From an uncultured Bacillota bacterium (lineage in GTDB: Bacteria; Bacillota; DTU025; MWDF01): a stretch of 64,000 nucleotides of DNA. The notes beneath the pieces are model-generated. The model saw nothing but the letters and a program-made list of their open reading frames with translations, did not search any database and was not told where the DNA came from. Made by a program: the position numbers and the translations under genes. The stretch covers positions 128,001 to 192,000 of the forward strand of contig CAWGMK010000006.1 of the NCBI GenBank assembly GCA_963823655.1, read 5' to 3'. Position 1 is the first letter of the stretch, and every line of letters begins with the position of its first letter. Positions 24,378-34,602 of the stretch are shown piece by piece.

Positions 24378-26114
24378 ATGGAAATAAGGCTGTCGGATCT
24401 TGCCAACATGGGCGTGCTTGATCTCAAAGAGGAGGCCAGGAAGCTTAAAGTACCGGGCTTCAGGACATTGAGGAAGGCCGAGCTCATCGAGGCATTGGAG
24501 CGCCTGTTAGGGGAGGCTGGCAAGAATGCGAAAGCATCTGCCGATCCGGATAAACAGGCAGAGAAAAGGGGAAAGAGGGCCAAGCCGGCATCAGCCGAGG
24601 AGGTTAAGATAATCGAGCCCAGCTACTTCAAGATAATCAGCGTAGAGGAGCCCGGAAACGGCACTCACACGTCAGAAGGCGTAGATGCCGTAAAGAAGCT
24701 GCTCAAAGAGGCGGGCATCAAGACCCCGCAGAGGAAGAAGAGGGCCCCCAAGAAGATTGCGGAAGAGATAATACCTGAAGATTTGGGCATTGTACCGGCC
24801 GATCTTGCGATTGCATTGCCGGAGGAAGAACCGTCCCTGCTTATACCCGAAGGGCTGCCAGAGCTGACATCTGAAGCGCTTCCAGGGGACGATCTGCCGC
24901 CCGAGCTGCTGCCAGAACCCATCAAGGAGCTACCGGCGCCTGTTCATATGAAAGAGGGCGCAATGTCCGCGAAGGGGACACTGGTCATTAAGCCAGAGGG
25001 CTACGGCTTCCTGAGGGCCAACCAGCCTCACATCCAGGGATATGACGACATATACATCTCACCCTCCCAGATAAAAAGGTTCAGGCTTAGAAACGGCGAT
25101 GAAGTATCCGGCTACGTAAGGCCGCCGAACGAGGGCGAGAAGAACTCCGCGCTCATCAGGGTAGAGGCAGTCAACGACGATCCGCCAGAATATGCCGAGA
25201 CCAGAAGGGCCTTCGAGGACCTGACGCCGATATTCCCCAAGGGCAGGATAAGGCTTGAGACGGGCACGCATGACTTCACAGGCAGGGTCATAGACCTGAT
25301 GGTGCCCATCGGCATGGGACAGAGGGGAATGATAGTTGCTCAGCCCAAAGTCGGCAAGACAACCGTCTTGAAGACCATAGCCAAGGCCATAATGGAAAAC
25401 TCGCCCGAAATAAAGCTTATAGTCCTGCTCGTGGACGAAAGGCCGGAGGAAGTAACCGACTGGATACAGTGGATAGGCAACAGGGGCCAGGTATATTCCT
25501 CGACTTTCGACCAGCCGGCGGACAATCATATAAAGGTCGCCGAAATTGTCCTTGAGATCGCAAAAAGGCAGGTGGAGCACAAGAAGGACGTATGCATACT
25601 GCTCGACTCGCTGACGAGGCTTACAAGGGCTTATAACACGACAACGCCTTCTTCGGGCAGGACCCTGTCAGGAGGCCTGGACCCTGCGGCGCTGCATCCG
25701 GCAAAGAGGTTCTTCGGGGCAGCCAGGAACATACAAGACGGCGCTTCTCTCACCATACTGGCCACAGTCCTGGTGGACACCGGAAGCAGGATGGACGATA
25801 TGATCTACGAGGAGTTCAAAGGAACAGGAAACATGGAAATCCATCTTGAGAGGGATCTTGCCGAGCGCAGGATATTCCCGGCGGTGGACATCAAGGCGTC
25901 CTCCACAAGGCGCGACGAGCTGCTTTACTCAACCAAGGAGAAGGAGGCGGCATGGGTGCTAAGAGTGGCGATGGCTTCGATGTCACCCATAGACCAGGCC
26001 GAATTCCTCTTCACAAGGATAAAGCAATCACCAAGCAACGACGTCATGATAGACACGGTGGTCAACTCAAAATACGCCAGCAACATGAAAGACAAGGGGA
26101 ACGCCTACCTATGA
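24378..26114 (+). CDS. rho: Transcription termination factor Rho with a long N-terminal insertion
   Basis: Rho_N, GYGFLR, DIYISPSQI, GQRGMIV..PKVGKTT, DERPEEVTD and EEFKGTGNME. Confidence 0.96.
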   Translation: MEIRLSDLANMGVLDLKEEARKLKVPGFRTLRKAELIEALERLLGEAGKNAKASADPDKQAEKRGKRAKPASAEEVKIIEPSYFKIISVEEPGNGTHTSEGVDAVKKLLKEAGIKTPQRKKRAPKKIAEEIIPEDLGIVPADLAIALPEEEPSLLIPEGLPELTSEALPGDDLPPELLPEPIKELPAPVHMKEGAMSAKGTLVIKPEGYGFLRANQPHIQGYDDIYISPSQIKRFRLRNGDEVSGYVRPPNEGEKNSALIRVEAVNDDPPEYAETRRAFEDLTPIFPKGRIRLETGTHDFTGRVIDLMVPIGMGQRGMIVAQPKVGKTTVLKTIAKAIMENSPEIKLIVLLVDERPEEVTDWIQWIGNRGQVYSSTFDQPADNHIKVAEIVLEIAKRQVEHKKDVCILLDSLTRLTRAYNTTTPSSGRTLSGGLDPAALHPAKRFFGAARNIQDGASLTILATVLVDTGSRMDDMIYEEFKGTGNMEIHLERDLAERRIFPAVDIKASSTRRDELLYSTKEKEAAWVLRVAMASMSPIDQAEFLFTRIKQSPSNDVMIDTVVNSKYASNMKDKGNAYL

Positions 26115-26228
26115 TGATTCGTTAATATTCATGTGGTTCGCGAACCCTAATCTAGCACCTCGTTTGCCAAGAGGGGCGCGAGGATGTAAAATATATTAGT
26201 TATATTTCTGATCGAAAGGGGACAGCAA

Positions 26229-27275
26229 TTGAGGAACAGACAGGATATCCCGAAAATGCCAAGGTCCGTGGCGGTGACGTTCACGCTCCTTGTCCTGTCC
26301 ATACTGTTTCTTGTACTGACCCCCTCCTCAGCGAACATAGGCACCCTCTATTCGAATGATGACCCCATTGCGGGCTCCGGCCTTGCAAGGATAGCCAACG
26401 ACGTATTCAACATGATCGTGGAACCCTTCTCGGTAGATCCGGGAGGCCACGGCTACGACGAAGGAATACTGGCAATAGGCGATGAAGTCATCATGACGGG
26501 CTCGCCTCTTGAGAGCCTCAGGAAGATCGTAGAGAAGAAACCCTACATAATCGAGCATGTTGTGGAGCCGGGCGACACCATCTGGGCCATAATGAAGGCC
26601 TATAATGTCGACGAGGCCACTATAGTAAACGCCAACAGCCTGATAAATCCGAACAAGCTAAAGGTCGGGCAGAAGCTCACCTTCCCGTCGGTCACGGGGC
26701 TCACCCACACGGTGAAAAACGGCGACACGGTATATGACCTTGCGAAGAAATACCAGGTCAACCAGCAGATAATCATCGAAACGAATGAGCTGCAAAGCGG
26801 CGCCATCAAAATAGGCCAGGTATTGGTCATCCCCGGCGGCAAGATGCCGAAGGTGGCGACTGCGAAATCCTCCTCTTCTGGCGGTACCGTATCGGCCGGC
26901 ATAAGCTTCATACACCCGCTCTGGAAAGGTGTAAGGATCACTCAGTACTTCAACACCAGCGCCTATCCTCGCCATGAAGGCATCGACTGGGGCATATCGA
27001 CAGGCACAAGCATAAAAGCGGCTGCCGCCGGCGTAGTAAGCAGCTCCGGCTGGGGCACCGGATATGGCCTTCTCGTAATCATAGACCACGGCAACGGGGT
27101 TAAGACATATTACGCTCACAACTCCAAACTCCTGGTATCCAAGGGCGACAGGGTCAGCCAGGGGCAGGTAATCTCATATTCCGGCAACACCGGCAGGTCG
27201 ACAGGGCCTCACCTTCACTTCGAAATCCGCGTCAACAACAAACCTCAGAATCCTCTCAACTACATAAGCAGATAG
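26229..27275 (+). CDS. LysM + M23 family peptidoglycan endopeptidase
   Basis: N-terminal TM helix, two LysM repeats (HVVEPGDTIW, HTVKNGDTVY), and M23 motifs HEGID, YAHNS and GPHLHFE. Confidence 0.93.
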   Translation: MRNRQDIPKMPRSVAVTFTLLVLSILFLVLTPSSANIGTLYSNDDPIAGSGLARIANDVFNMIVEPFSVDPGGHGYDEGILAIGDEVIMTGSPLESLRKIVEKKPYIIEHVVEPGDTIWAIMKAYNVDEATIVNANSLINPNKLKVGQKLTFPSVTGLTHTVKNGDTVYDLAKKYQVNQQIIIETNELQSGAIKIGQVLVIPGGKMPKVATAKSSSSGGTVSAGISFIHPLWKGVRITQYFNTSAYPRHEGIDWGISTGTSIKAAAAGVVSSSGWGTGYGLLVIIDHGNGVKTYYAHNSKLLVSKGDRVSQGQVISYSGNTGRSTGPHLHFEIRVNNKPQNPLNYISR

Positions 27276-27325
27276 CGCCGGTCCCGGCTCCTTTGGATGC
27301 CTGCCGGCGGCAGGAGGTTGATCAA

Positions 27326-28717
27326 GTGGACTTCAAAGGGATCATGACGGACGCAATTTCAACATTCAAGGACAAAGCCGAATACATGGAGATTAGAATC
27401 GAGCAGCGGGAAACCGTATCGCTTCTGTTCAGGCTCGCTAATGTCGACCAGGTTTCCGCAAGGATTGACCTAGGCGGCAACGTCAGGGCCATCGTCAACG
27501 GTGGCTGGGGCTTCGCCGCGTTCAATGACATCACCGCGATAAAGAAGGCGTGCGAAGATGCGATAACGGCCGCGCGATACGTAGGCTCCTTAATCCCGGA
27601 TGACGAGAAGGTAAGGCTAGCCAAGGTTGTGCCTGCAAACGATGAGGTCAGCCTCGGTATAAAGCGTGGCTCCAAGGACGTAAGCTTGAATCAGAAGATG
27701 AAGCTGATGGGCGACTACGCTGCCATCCTTTCGAAAGCGGACGCAAGGATAGTCAACTCCATGGTCAGATACGCCGATTTCCATGTGAAGAAGTATTTCG
27801 CAAACTCCGACGGCGCGTTCATCGTATCCGAAGGGTCCGACATGAATGCCGCCTTCTCGGCCACATCCCTGAAGGAAGGGCGGCCGGTGGAAGCTTTTGA
27901 AGGCATCGGGACCACTCTCGACTTCACGGACCTCGAGGGACAGGAAGCCAAGGCGCGCAAGGTAGTGGAGACCTGTATAGACACCCTGAACGCCGAGCCG
28001 GTCAAGGCGGGCTGCTACACGATAGTGTGCGACCCGTTGCTGGCAGGTGTGTTCGTCCATGAGGCATTCGGGCACCTTTCGGAGTCCGACTTCATCGCCG
28101 AAAACGAGGACGCCAGGAAGATGATGACACTGGGGCGCCGCTTCGGGCAGGACTTCCTGAATATTGCGGACGAGCCGGTCCCGCAGGGGCTAAGAGGCTC
28201 ATTCAAATACGACGACGAGGGAACGCCCGCAGTCACCTCGCCGCTTATCACCAACGGCCTTCTGGTAGGGCGCCTTCATTCGAAGGAGACGGCAGCCAGG
28301 ATGGGCGAGATGCCCACCGGCAACGCCAGGGCTATCAACTACAAGTTCGCGCCGATCGTGCGCATGAGAAACACCGTGATAAGGCCCGGCAAGCAGAGCT
28401 TCGAGGATCTCATCGGAGACATCAAGCTCGGCATATACGCAAAGGCCGCATACGGCGGCCAGACAGTCATAGAGCAGTTCTCCTTCTCCGCAAGGGAGGC
28501 GTTCATGATCCGCGACGGGAAGCTTGCCGAGCGCGTAAGAGACGTGGTAATGGCCGGCAACCTTTTCGAAACGCTCATGAACATAGAGGGGATCGGATCC
28601 GACTTCAGATGGACTGGGCATAACGGCGGCTGCGGAAAAGGCGGCCAGGCACCGCTGCCCGTGATGATGGGTTCGCCTTCCATCAGGATCAAGAACGTTG
28701 TGGTCGGAGGAAGATAA
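27326..28717 (+). CDS. tldD: TldD family metalloprotease
   Basis: VHEAFGHLSE (HExxGH), YDDEG, PIVRMRNT and GCGKGGQ. Confidence 0.92.
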   Translation: MDFKGIMTDAISTFKDKAEYMEIRIEQRETVSLLFRLANVDQVSARIDLGGNVRAIVNGGWGFAAFNDITAIKKACEDAITAARYVGSLIPDDEKVRLAKVVPANDEVSLGIKRGSKDVSLNQKMKLMGDYAAILSKADARIVNSMVRYADFHVKKYFANSDGAFIVSEGSDMNAAFSATSLKEGRPVEAFEGIGTTLDFTDLEGQEAKARKVVETCIDTLNAEPVKAGCYTIVCDPLLAGVFVHEAFGHLSESDFIAENEDARKMMTLGRRFGQDFLNIADEPVPQGLRGSFKYDDEGTPAVTSPLITNGLLVGRLHSKETAARMGEMPTGNARAINYKFAPIVRMRNTVIRPGKQSFEDLIGDIKLGIYAKAAYGGQTVIEQFSFSAREAFMIRDGKLAERVRDVVMAGNLFETLMNIEGIGSDFRWTGHNGGCGKGGQAPLPVMMGSPSIRIKNVVVGGR

Positions 28718-28718
28718 G

Positions 28719-30030
28719 ATGGAGAAGATACTCAAACAGGCATTGAACAAGGCCGGCTCCGCGGAGGTCTTCTATCAGGACGCCCGCAAGGTCGAAGTGC
28801 AGTATGAATCGGGCAAGCTGAAGGTGGTCAACTCCGTAAGGCACACCGGGGCAGCCTTGAGGGTAATCAAGACGGGCAGGCTGGGCTTCGCATCTACCAC
28901 CGACTTCTCCGAGGCCGACAGGCTGGTAAGCCTTGCCATGGATACGGCTTCCGCAGGCCCCTCCGCCAAATTCCCATTCCCCGGCAAAACCGCCGGCGTG
29001 GCTCATATAGACACTGTGAAGCCCTCCGCGACTAAGATGGGCGTGAGCGAAATTGTGGAGATGGGATCGCGATTTGTGGAAAGGCTTAAGAAGCTGTCCC
29101 CGGACTGCTATCCGGAAACCAACATTTCGGTCGAGCAGGAGAAGGTCAGGATACTAAACTCGTCCGGCCTTGATTATGAGTCGGAGGCGGCTTTGTACAG
29201 CGTGTTCTATGGGGCAACCGTGGTTAAGGGCTCCGACGTGCTAATGATACCCTCGTTTAGCATACCTCTGGAGGATGAATATGATCCGATCAGGGCCGCC
29301 GAGGAGGTCGCCGAGAAGATAAGCCGCGCATCCGTAATTGCCGAAGCTGCGACAGGACCAACGACTGTGCTGTTCTCGCCCATGGGGCTGGACAGTATGC
29401 TCCTTCCCATAAGGGCCGGCTTCAACGGAAAGGCAGTGGAGATGGGAGTCTCCCCGATCAAGGGGCTGATGGGCAAGAAGGCCCTTTCAGATGCCATCAC
29501 CGTATGGAACGACCCGACGCTTAGGTACTGGTTCCGCTCCGGCGGGCTGGACAACGAGGGCGTGCCCACGGCAAAGACCGCTCTCATCAACAAGGGCGTG
29601 ATCGGTTCTCCCTACTACGACCTGCTCACAGCCGATATGTACGGCAAAGTAAGCACGGGTTCCGGCTACAGGGACAGCTTCGAGACGGCGCCGTCGCCAT
29701 CACCTTCCCTTATATCGATTGAGGCAGGGAAAGACAAGCATGGAGAAGTTGCTCGCGTCCATAGAAGACGGCTTGTACATCGACTTCTGCCTTGGCGTTG
29801 GCCAGGGTAACTACATGGCGGGCGAGTTCTCCAATAACGTCGGCTTGGGCTACAAGGTGAAAAACGGCAAGATTACTGGACGTGTGAAGAACCTTATGAT
29901 AGCCGGCAACGCATACGACATTCTGCTCAACAACATAGCAGCGCTCAGCGCCGAGAGGGGCTTCAGCATGACGATGTGCCTTAGCCCTTATATGCTGGTC
30001 AATTCGGTAAGCGTGACCGCAAAGTCGTAG
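28719..30030 (+). CDS. pmbA: PmbA/TldE family protein (frameshift near 29735)
   Basis: Directly follows tldD. GRLGFAST, DNEGVPT, STGSG.R and GEFS..V.LG..V.NG.I. Confidence 0.88.
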
Positions 30031-30111
30031 ACCCGGCAGCTTGGATTATCTATGGCCCCGGGCGGCGGATGCGTTCGTCCGGGGCCTTCTCAGCTGATAG
30101 GAGGTGGGAAA

Positions 30112-30478
30112 TTGCCTCTTTTCCTGTGCATAATTACGTCGGCCTTCGTGCTGGGCATAGCGGCCTTGCAGCTGTTTATCTCCGCCCAAGGAGCCATCTG
30201 CGCGCTTTGGTTACCGGAGCACGTTATCTATGATGAACCCGGCCACATGGTCCGAGGCCCAGAGGATTTCGGGGAAAGCGATGGCAGCGGCGGGCCTCAC
30301 CGGCCTGGCTTTATCCTTGCTCCTTTACTTCCTCGTTCAAGGCAAAGCCGCATATATGTGGTCCATGATAATAAGCTCGGCCTTTGCCGCTCTGACGGTG
30401 CCGTACACCGAGATGCGACTGAGTGCGATCTTCGACGAGAAGGGCAAGAGAAAGCATGAAGGAGTACTAGGCATATGA
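30112..30478 (+). CDS. SdpI/YhfL family membrane protein (frameshifted)
   Basis: GGAGG RBS then TTG. The joined frame gives PSALFGYRSTLSMMNPATWSEAQR, matching the GYRT..SM.N..TW..A motif, followed by TM helices. Confidence 0.7.
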
Positions 30479-31857
30479 AGAAGGCAAGGAGCAAGTTCGT
30501 CTGCCAGCAGTGCGGAGGCGAGTTCGCCAATTGGTTCGGCAAATGCCCTTCGTGCTCAAGCTGGAACAGCATTGTCGAGGAGATAGTGAAGCCCGAGGAT
30601 TTTGCTGCCTCACAAAGGGCATCCCGGGCATCCGGGCCTATCACGGAGCCGGTAAGGCTATCCGAGGTGCCGGCTTCCGGCGATAAAAGAAGGTCCACCG
30701 GCATAGATGAGCTGGACAGGGTGTTGGGCGGGGGCATAGTCCCGGGTTCCGCGGTTCTGGTTTCTGGGGAACCTGGCATCGGCAAATCGACTTTGCTGCT
30801 GCAAGCCGCCTACAGGCTGGCCCAGGAGGGAAGCGTCCTTTACGCCTCGGGTGAGGAATCAGTACAGCAGATTGGCATTAGGGCAAGGCGCATCAAAGCG
30901 GCATCCGATGCCATCTACGTGATGCCCGAGACCGATGTCGCGAATATCCTGGACATGGCATTCAGGATGAAGCCAGCCGTCCTGATCATTGACTCCATAC
31001 AGACCATGCAGGATTCGTCCCTGTCTTCTGCTGCCGGCAGCGTCGGGCAGGTAAGGCAGTGCGCGTCGCTTTTGATCGAGGCGAGCAAGGCCTCAGGCAT
31101 GTCCGTATTCATGGTGGGGCACGTGACGAAGACGGGAGCCGTGGCAGGGCCGAAAGTGCTTGAGCATATGGTAGACACGGTAGTTCAGTTCGAAGGCGGC
31201 ATGCATCAGGCATACAGGGTCGTGCGCACCTTGAAGAACAGGTTCGGCTCCACCGATGAGGTGGGCGTCTTCGAGATGGGGGAGGCCGGCCTTATAGAGG
31301 TGAGGAACCCATCCGAGGCCTTCCTTAAGGAGAGGGTCGCAGGGATGGCAGGCTCCATTGTAGTCCCCTGCATGGAGGGGACAAGGCCATTCCTGGTGGA
31401 AGTGCAGGCTCTAGTGGGCTCTCCCGCCGCAAGCTTCCCTAGGAGGACGTCGTCCGGCGTGGACCAGGGCAGGGTGGCCATAATGCTTGCGGTGCTTGGC
31501 AGGCGCGTCGGGATGGCCGTTGAGGCCAACGACACATTCCTGAACGTGGCAGGCGGCATTGCAGTAGATGAACCGGCTGCTGACCTTGCGATTGCGACGG
31601 CTCTCGCCTCAAGCTTCAGGAACAGGGCTGTTAGCCCGAGGACTGCGGTTTTCGGAGAAGTCGGGCTCTCGGGAGAGCTCAGGTCCGTGTCCAGGGCGGA
31701 AGCGAGGGTGGCTGAGGCCGTAAGGCTGGGATTTACGGGGATAGTCATGCCAAAGGCCAACCTTACCAGGCTTAAGGCGGGGAAGCTGCTGACGGGGGAG
31801 GCGGACATCGTAGGCGTCAGCACCTTGGCGGAGGCCCTTGATTATTTGGTCGGATGA
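30475..31857 (+). CDS. radA: DNA repair protein RadA/Sms
   Basis: Zn finger CQQC..W.GKCPSC, GEPGIGKST, KNRFG and FGEVGLSGE. Confidence 0.98.
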   Translation: MKKARSKFVCQQCGGEFANWFGKCPSCSSWNSIVEEIVKPEDFAASQRASRASGPITEPVRLSEVPASGDKRRSTGIDELDRVLGGGIVPGSAVLVSGEPGIGKSTLLLQAAYRLAQEGSVLYASGEESVQQIGIRARRIKAASDAIYVMPETDVANILDMAFRMKPAVLIIDSIQTMQDSSLSSAAGSVGQVRQCASLLIEASKASGMSVFMVGHVTKTGAVAGPKVLEHMVDTVVQFEGGMHQAYRVVRTLKNRFGSTDEVGVFEMGEAGLIEVRNPSEAFLKERVAGMAGSIVVPCMEGTRPFLVEVQALVGSPAASFPRRTSSGVDQGRVAIMLAVLGRRVGMAVEANDTFLNVAGGIAVDEPAADLAIATALASSFRNRAVSPRTAVFGEVGLSGELRSVSRAEARVAEAVRLGFTGIVMPKANLTRLKAGKLLTGEADIVGVSTLAEALDYLVG

Positions 31858-31868
31858 CGCAGTCATAG

Positions 31869-31894
31869 AGGATTCTGGATACAGAGCTTAGAAT
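31869..31894 (+). promoter_or_regulatory. Putative sigma-H promoter of disA
   Basis: AGGA-N18-GAAT about 40 nt upstream of disA. Confidence 0.5.
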
Positions 31895-31934
31895 TAATAA
31901 ATGTGGTCTCTTAGAATGAGGGAGGTGATCTGGT

Positions 31935-32990
31935 TTGATACCTAAGTCGATTAGGCATGTTGTGGCCCAGCTTGCTCCCGGGACGCCTATGCACGAGGGT
32001 ATAGAATTCATCCAAAGGGCCAGGACTGGCGCGCTTATTGTCATGGGCGACAGCCCTGAGGTAATGGAAATCGCCAAGGGGGGCTTCAAAATCGATGCCC
32101 CATACCTTCCCAACAGCATATATGAGTTGGCCAAGATGGATGGAGCCATCATACTTTCATCTTCCCTGGACAGGATATTGTACGCGGGCGTGCACCTCTT
32201 CCCGGATTCAGCGCTCCCCACTAACGAGACAGGAACCAGGCATGCGTCGGCCGAAAGGACCTCAAGGGCCACGGGTAAGCCCGTCATAGCCATTTCGAGC
32301 AGGCGCAATGTGATTACGATATATTACAACAAGATCAAGTACATAATGCGAGACATAGACTACATACTAAACATGGCAAACCAGGCACTGCAGACGCTTG
32401 CCCGCTACCGCGAGGTCCTCGACAAGGCCTTGAACATGCTCAACACCTTCGAATTCGAGGACGATGTGACAATAGCGGATGTTGCCGAGTGCATCAGGCG
32501 CTGGGAGCTTACCAGGAGGGTCGCAGACGAGGTCAACAGCTACATAATCGAGCTGGGGTCCGAAGGCCGCCTGATCAGGATGCAGATGCAAGAGCTCATA
32601 AGAGGCCGCCGCGAGGAGGCTGTGTACCTGCTGAAAGACTATATGGACGATTCGGAGTACAAGAACCCGGAGAAGCTTCTGGAGGCTATGGAACAGTGGG
32701 ACCTGGACGATGTTATAGAAAACGGGATCATCGAGAGGGCCATCAGGAAGCTGGGTGAGGAAGGGGCTGACTCCGAGGTAAGCGCCAGGGGCTACAGGAC
32801 GCTTTCTAGGCTTGCTGCCAGGATGCCCGAACAGGTTGTCGAGAATCTCATAAACGCCTTCGGAAGGCTGCCGGTGCTTCTGAGAGCAAGTGTGGACGAG
32901 CTTGACGAGGTTGAAGGCATAGGTAAAAGCAGGGCAATCACCCTTTATGAGGGGCTTAGAAGGATAAGAGACCAGGTGAGCAGCTCTTAA
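31935..32990 (+). CDS. disA: DNA integrity scanning diadenylate cyclase DisA
   Basis: APGT, YELAKMDGAII, ANQALQTL.RY and C-terminal HhH LDEVEGIG. Follows radA. Confidence 0.95.
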   Translation: MIPKSIRHVVAQLAPGTPMHEGIEFIQRARTGALIVMGDSPEVMEIAKGGFKIDAPYLPNSIYELAKMDGAIILSSSLDRILYAGVHLFPDSALPTNETGTRHASAERTSRATGKPVIAISSRRNVITIYYNKIKYIMRDIDYILNMANQALQTLARYREVLDKALNMLNTFEFEDDVTIADVAECIRRWELTRRVADEVNSYIIELGSEGRLIRMQMQELIRGRREEAVYLLKDYMDDSEYKNPEKLLEAMEQWDLDDVIENGIIERAIRKLGEEGADSEVSARGYRTLSRLAARMPEQVVENLINAFGRLPVLLRASVDELDEVEGIGKSRAITLYEGLRRIRDQVSSS

Positions 32991-32994
32991 TGGC

Positions 32995-33402
32995 CTAGCG
33001 CATGCTGAACTTCCCTAAAGCGCTGATCTTGCCCCTCTCGGAGGCGACTATGTCCTCCACCTGCATGCCAAGGGTATCGCACAGCGCGGTAAGATAGAAC
33101 GCGACGCGGCCGGCCTCTTCCTCTACGTGCTCGCGGCACTCGGGGCAGAGCTGACCCTGAAGGTGGGTAGAAAGCTGGTCTTTTATTTGCTCGAACGGAA
33201 GGTCCTCGGGAAAACGCTGCCTTTCGACCGCATTTATCTTCAGGCATCCGCAAACGGTGACTGCCTTGGTAACAGCCCTGTTCAGGCGGGCCGAGGACTC
33301 ATTTAGCTTCGACATGGTGTCAAGGATGCTCTTATGGCGGAATAGGCTCTCATGGACTTCGTCCTGGAATGTGCGCTCCATGGATTTGTTCAACCGGGGC
33401 AC
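32995..33402 (-). CDS. Conserved hypothetical protein with CxC/CxxC and a MazG-like helical C-terminus
   Basis: FQDEV.ESL.RH.SILD..SKL.ES.AR.NRAV.KAVT.CGC...LCPECRE.VEEE.G..FYL.ALC. Confidence 0.8.
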   Translation of the reverse strand: MPRLNKSMERTFQDEVHESLFRHKSILDTMSKLNESSARLNRAVTKAVTVCGCLKINAVERQRFPEDLPFEQIKDQLSTHLQGQLCPECREHVEEEAGRVAFYLTALCDTLGMQVEDIVASERGKISALGKFSMR

Positions 33403-33504
33403 CCCCTTAAGCAGGCTTCGATACCCTAATTATCGTAGTAGATGCGTTTATTGTCAAACTTGAAAGTGACCTGCTTCACAATAGATAAGGATGTAGGTGT
33501 GCTA

Positions 33505-34602
33505 ATGCAGAAGCTGCTGAAGACTTTGCTGATTATTATCGGGGCCGCGATCGGATATCTGGTCTATATGCTGCTGATATCGGGCAACACCCTCATGGCG
33601 GGGCTCGACGCGCAGGATCGAAACCGGCTGATGCTGATGACGGTGCTTTGCGGTGCCCTTGTGGGGATACTGCTGGCAATCCTTGGGTCGGGCATGGTAA
33701 AAGGGCTCACAAAGAGGATCTACGGCGCCATGCAGAGGATGAACCTGTACGACTTTTTCATCGCGGCAGTGGGCCTGATACTGGGCCTTGTGGTGGCCAA
33801 CCTGATAGCGCTTCCCGTGATGGAGGTGCCGGTCGTAGGCAACTATATTGCGCTCATATTGAATGCATTGCTAGGCGCCCTGGGCCTAATTCTGGCCGTA
33901 TCCCTTAAAGATGACATCAACGATAGGATAAGCGGCACAATAGCGGGGGGCGGGCCGGGCCGGCACGGTGGGTTCAAGGCCTTCAGCAGGGTGAGCGCCA
34001 AAGTCATCGATACGAGCGCGATAATCGACGGCAGGATCCTGGACATCGCAAGAAGCGGCTTTTTGGACGGCACCCTGATAATCCCCGAATTCGTGATTAA
34101 CGAGCTGCAGAAGGTAGCCGACAATCCCGACCAGTTTAAAAGGGCGAGGGGCAGGAGGGGCCTAGATGTGCTCAAGCGCATGCAAGATGATGCCAGCATC
34201 GACTTGAGGGTGATGGCCTACCCGCCCGAGGATGCCGAAACGGACTCCAGCCTGGTGAAACTGGCAAGAAGCATTGGAGCTGCCATAGTAACCAACGACT
34301 ACAACCTCAACAAAGCCGCTACCCTGCAGGGAGTGGCAGTGCTGAACGTCAATGAGCTTTCCAACTCGGTAAAACCCATGGTGCTCCCGGGGGAGGATAT
34401 GAGGGTATTCGTCCTTAAGGAGGGCAAGGAGTACGGCCAGGGCGTGGGATACCTTGACGACGGAACCATGATAGTCGTGGAAGGGGCGAAGAAGCTCTTA
34501 GGAACAGAAGTACAAGTTACCGTAACCAGCGTCCTGCAGACCTCAGCGGGCAGGATGGTATTCACTAAGCTAAAGGAAGGATTGAGTTCAAATGGATCGT
34601 GA
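33505..34602 (+). CDS. yacL: PIN/TRAM domain membrane protein (YacL)
   Basis: TM helices, PIN DTSAIIDGRI, RGRRGLD, TNDYNLNK and TRAM GVGYLDDGTMIVVE. Confidence 0.93.
   Translation: MQKLLKTLLIIIGAAIGYLVYMLLISGNTLMAGLDAQDRNRLMLMTVLCGALVGILLAILGSGMVKGLTKRIYGAMQRMNLYDFFIAAVGLILGLVVANLIALPVMEVPVVGNYIALILNALLGALGLILAVSLKDDINDRISGTIAGGGPGRHGGFKAFSRVSAKVIDTSAIIDGRILDIARSGFLDGTLIIPEFVINELQKVADNPDQFKRARGRRGLDVLKRMQDDASIDLRVMAYPPEDAETDSSLVKLARSIGAAIVTNDYNLNKAATLQGVAVLNVNELSNSVKPMVLPGEDMRVFVLKEGKEYGQGVGYLDDGTMIVVEGAKKLLGTEVQVTVTSVLQTSAGRMVFTKLKEGLSSNGS

Noticed and set aside
27326-30478. TldD/PmbA plus SdpI as a RiPP or microcin cluster
   Set aside because: No precursor peptide, YcaO, radical SAM enzyme or exporter is nearby, and the context is housekeeping.
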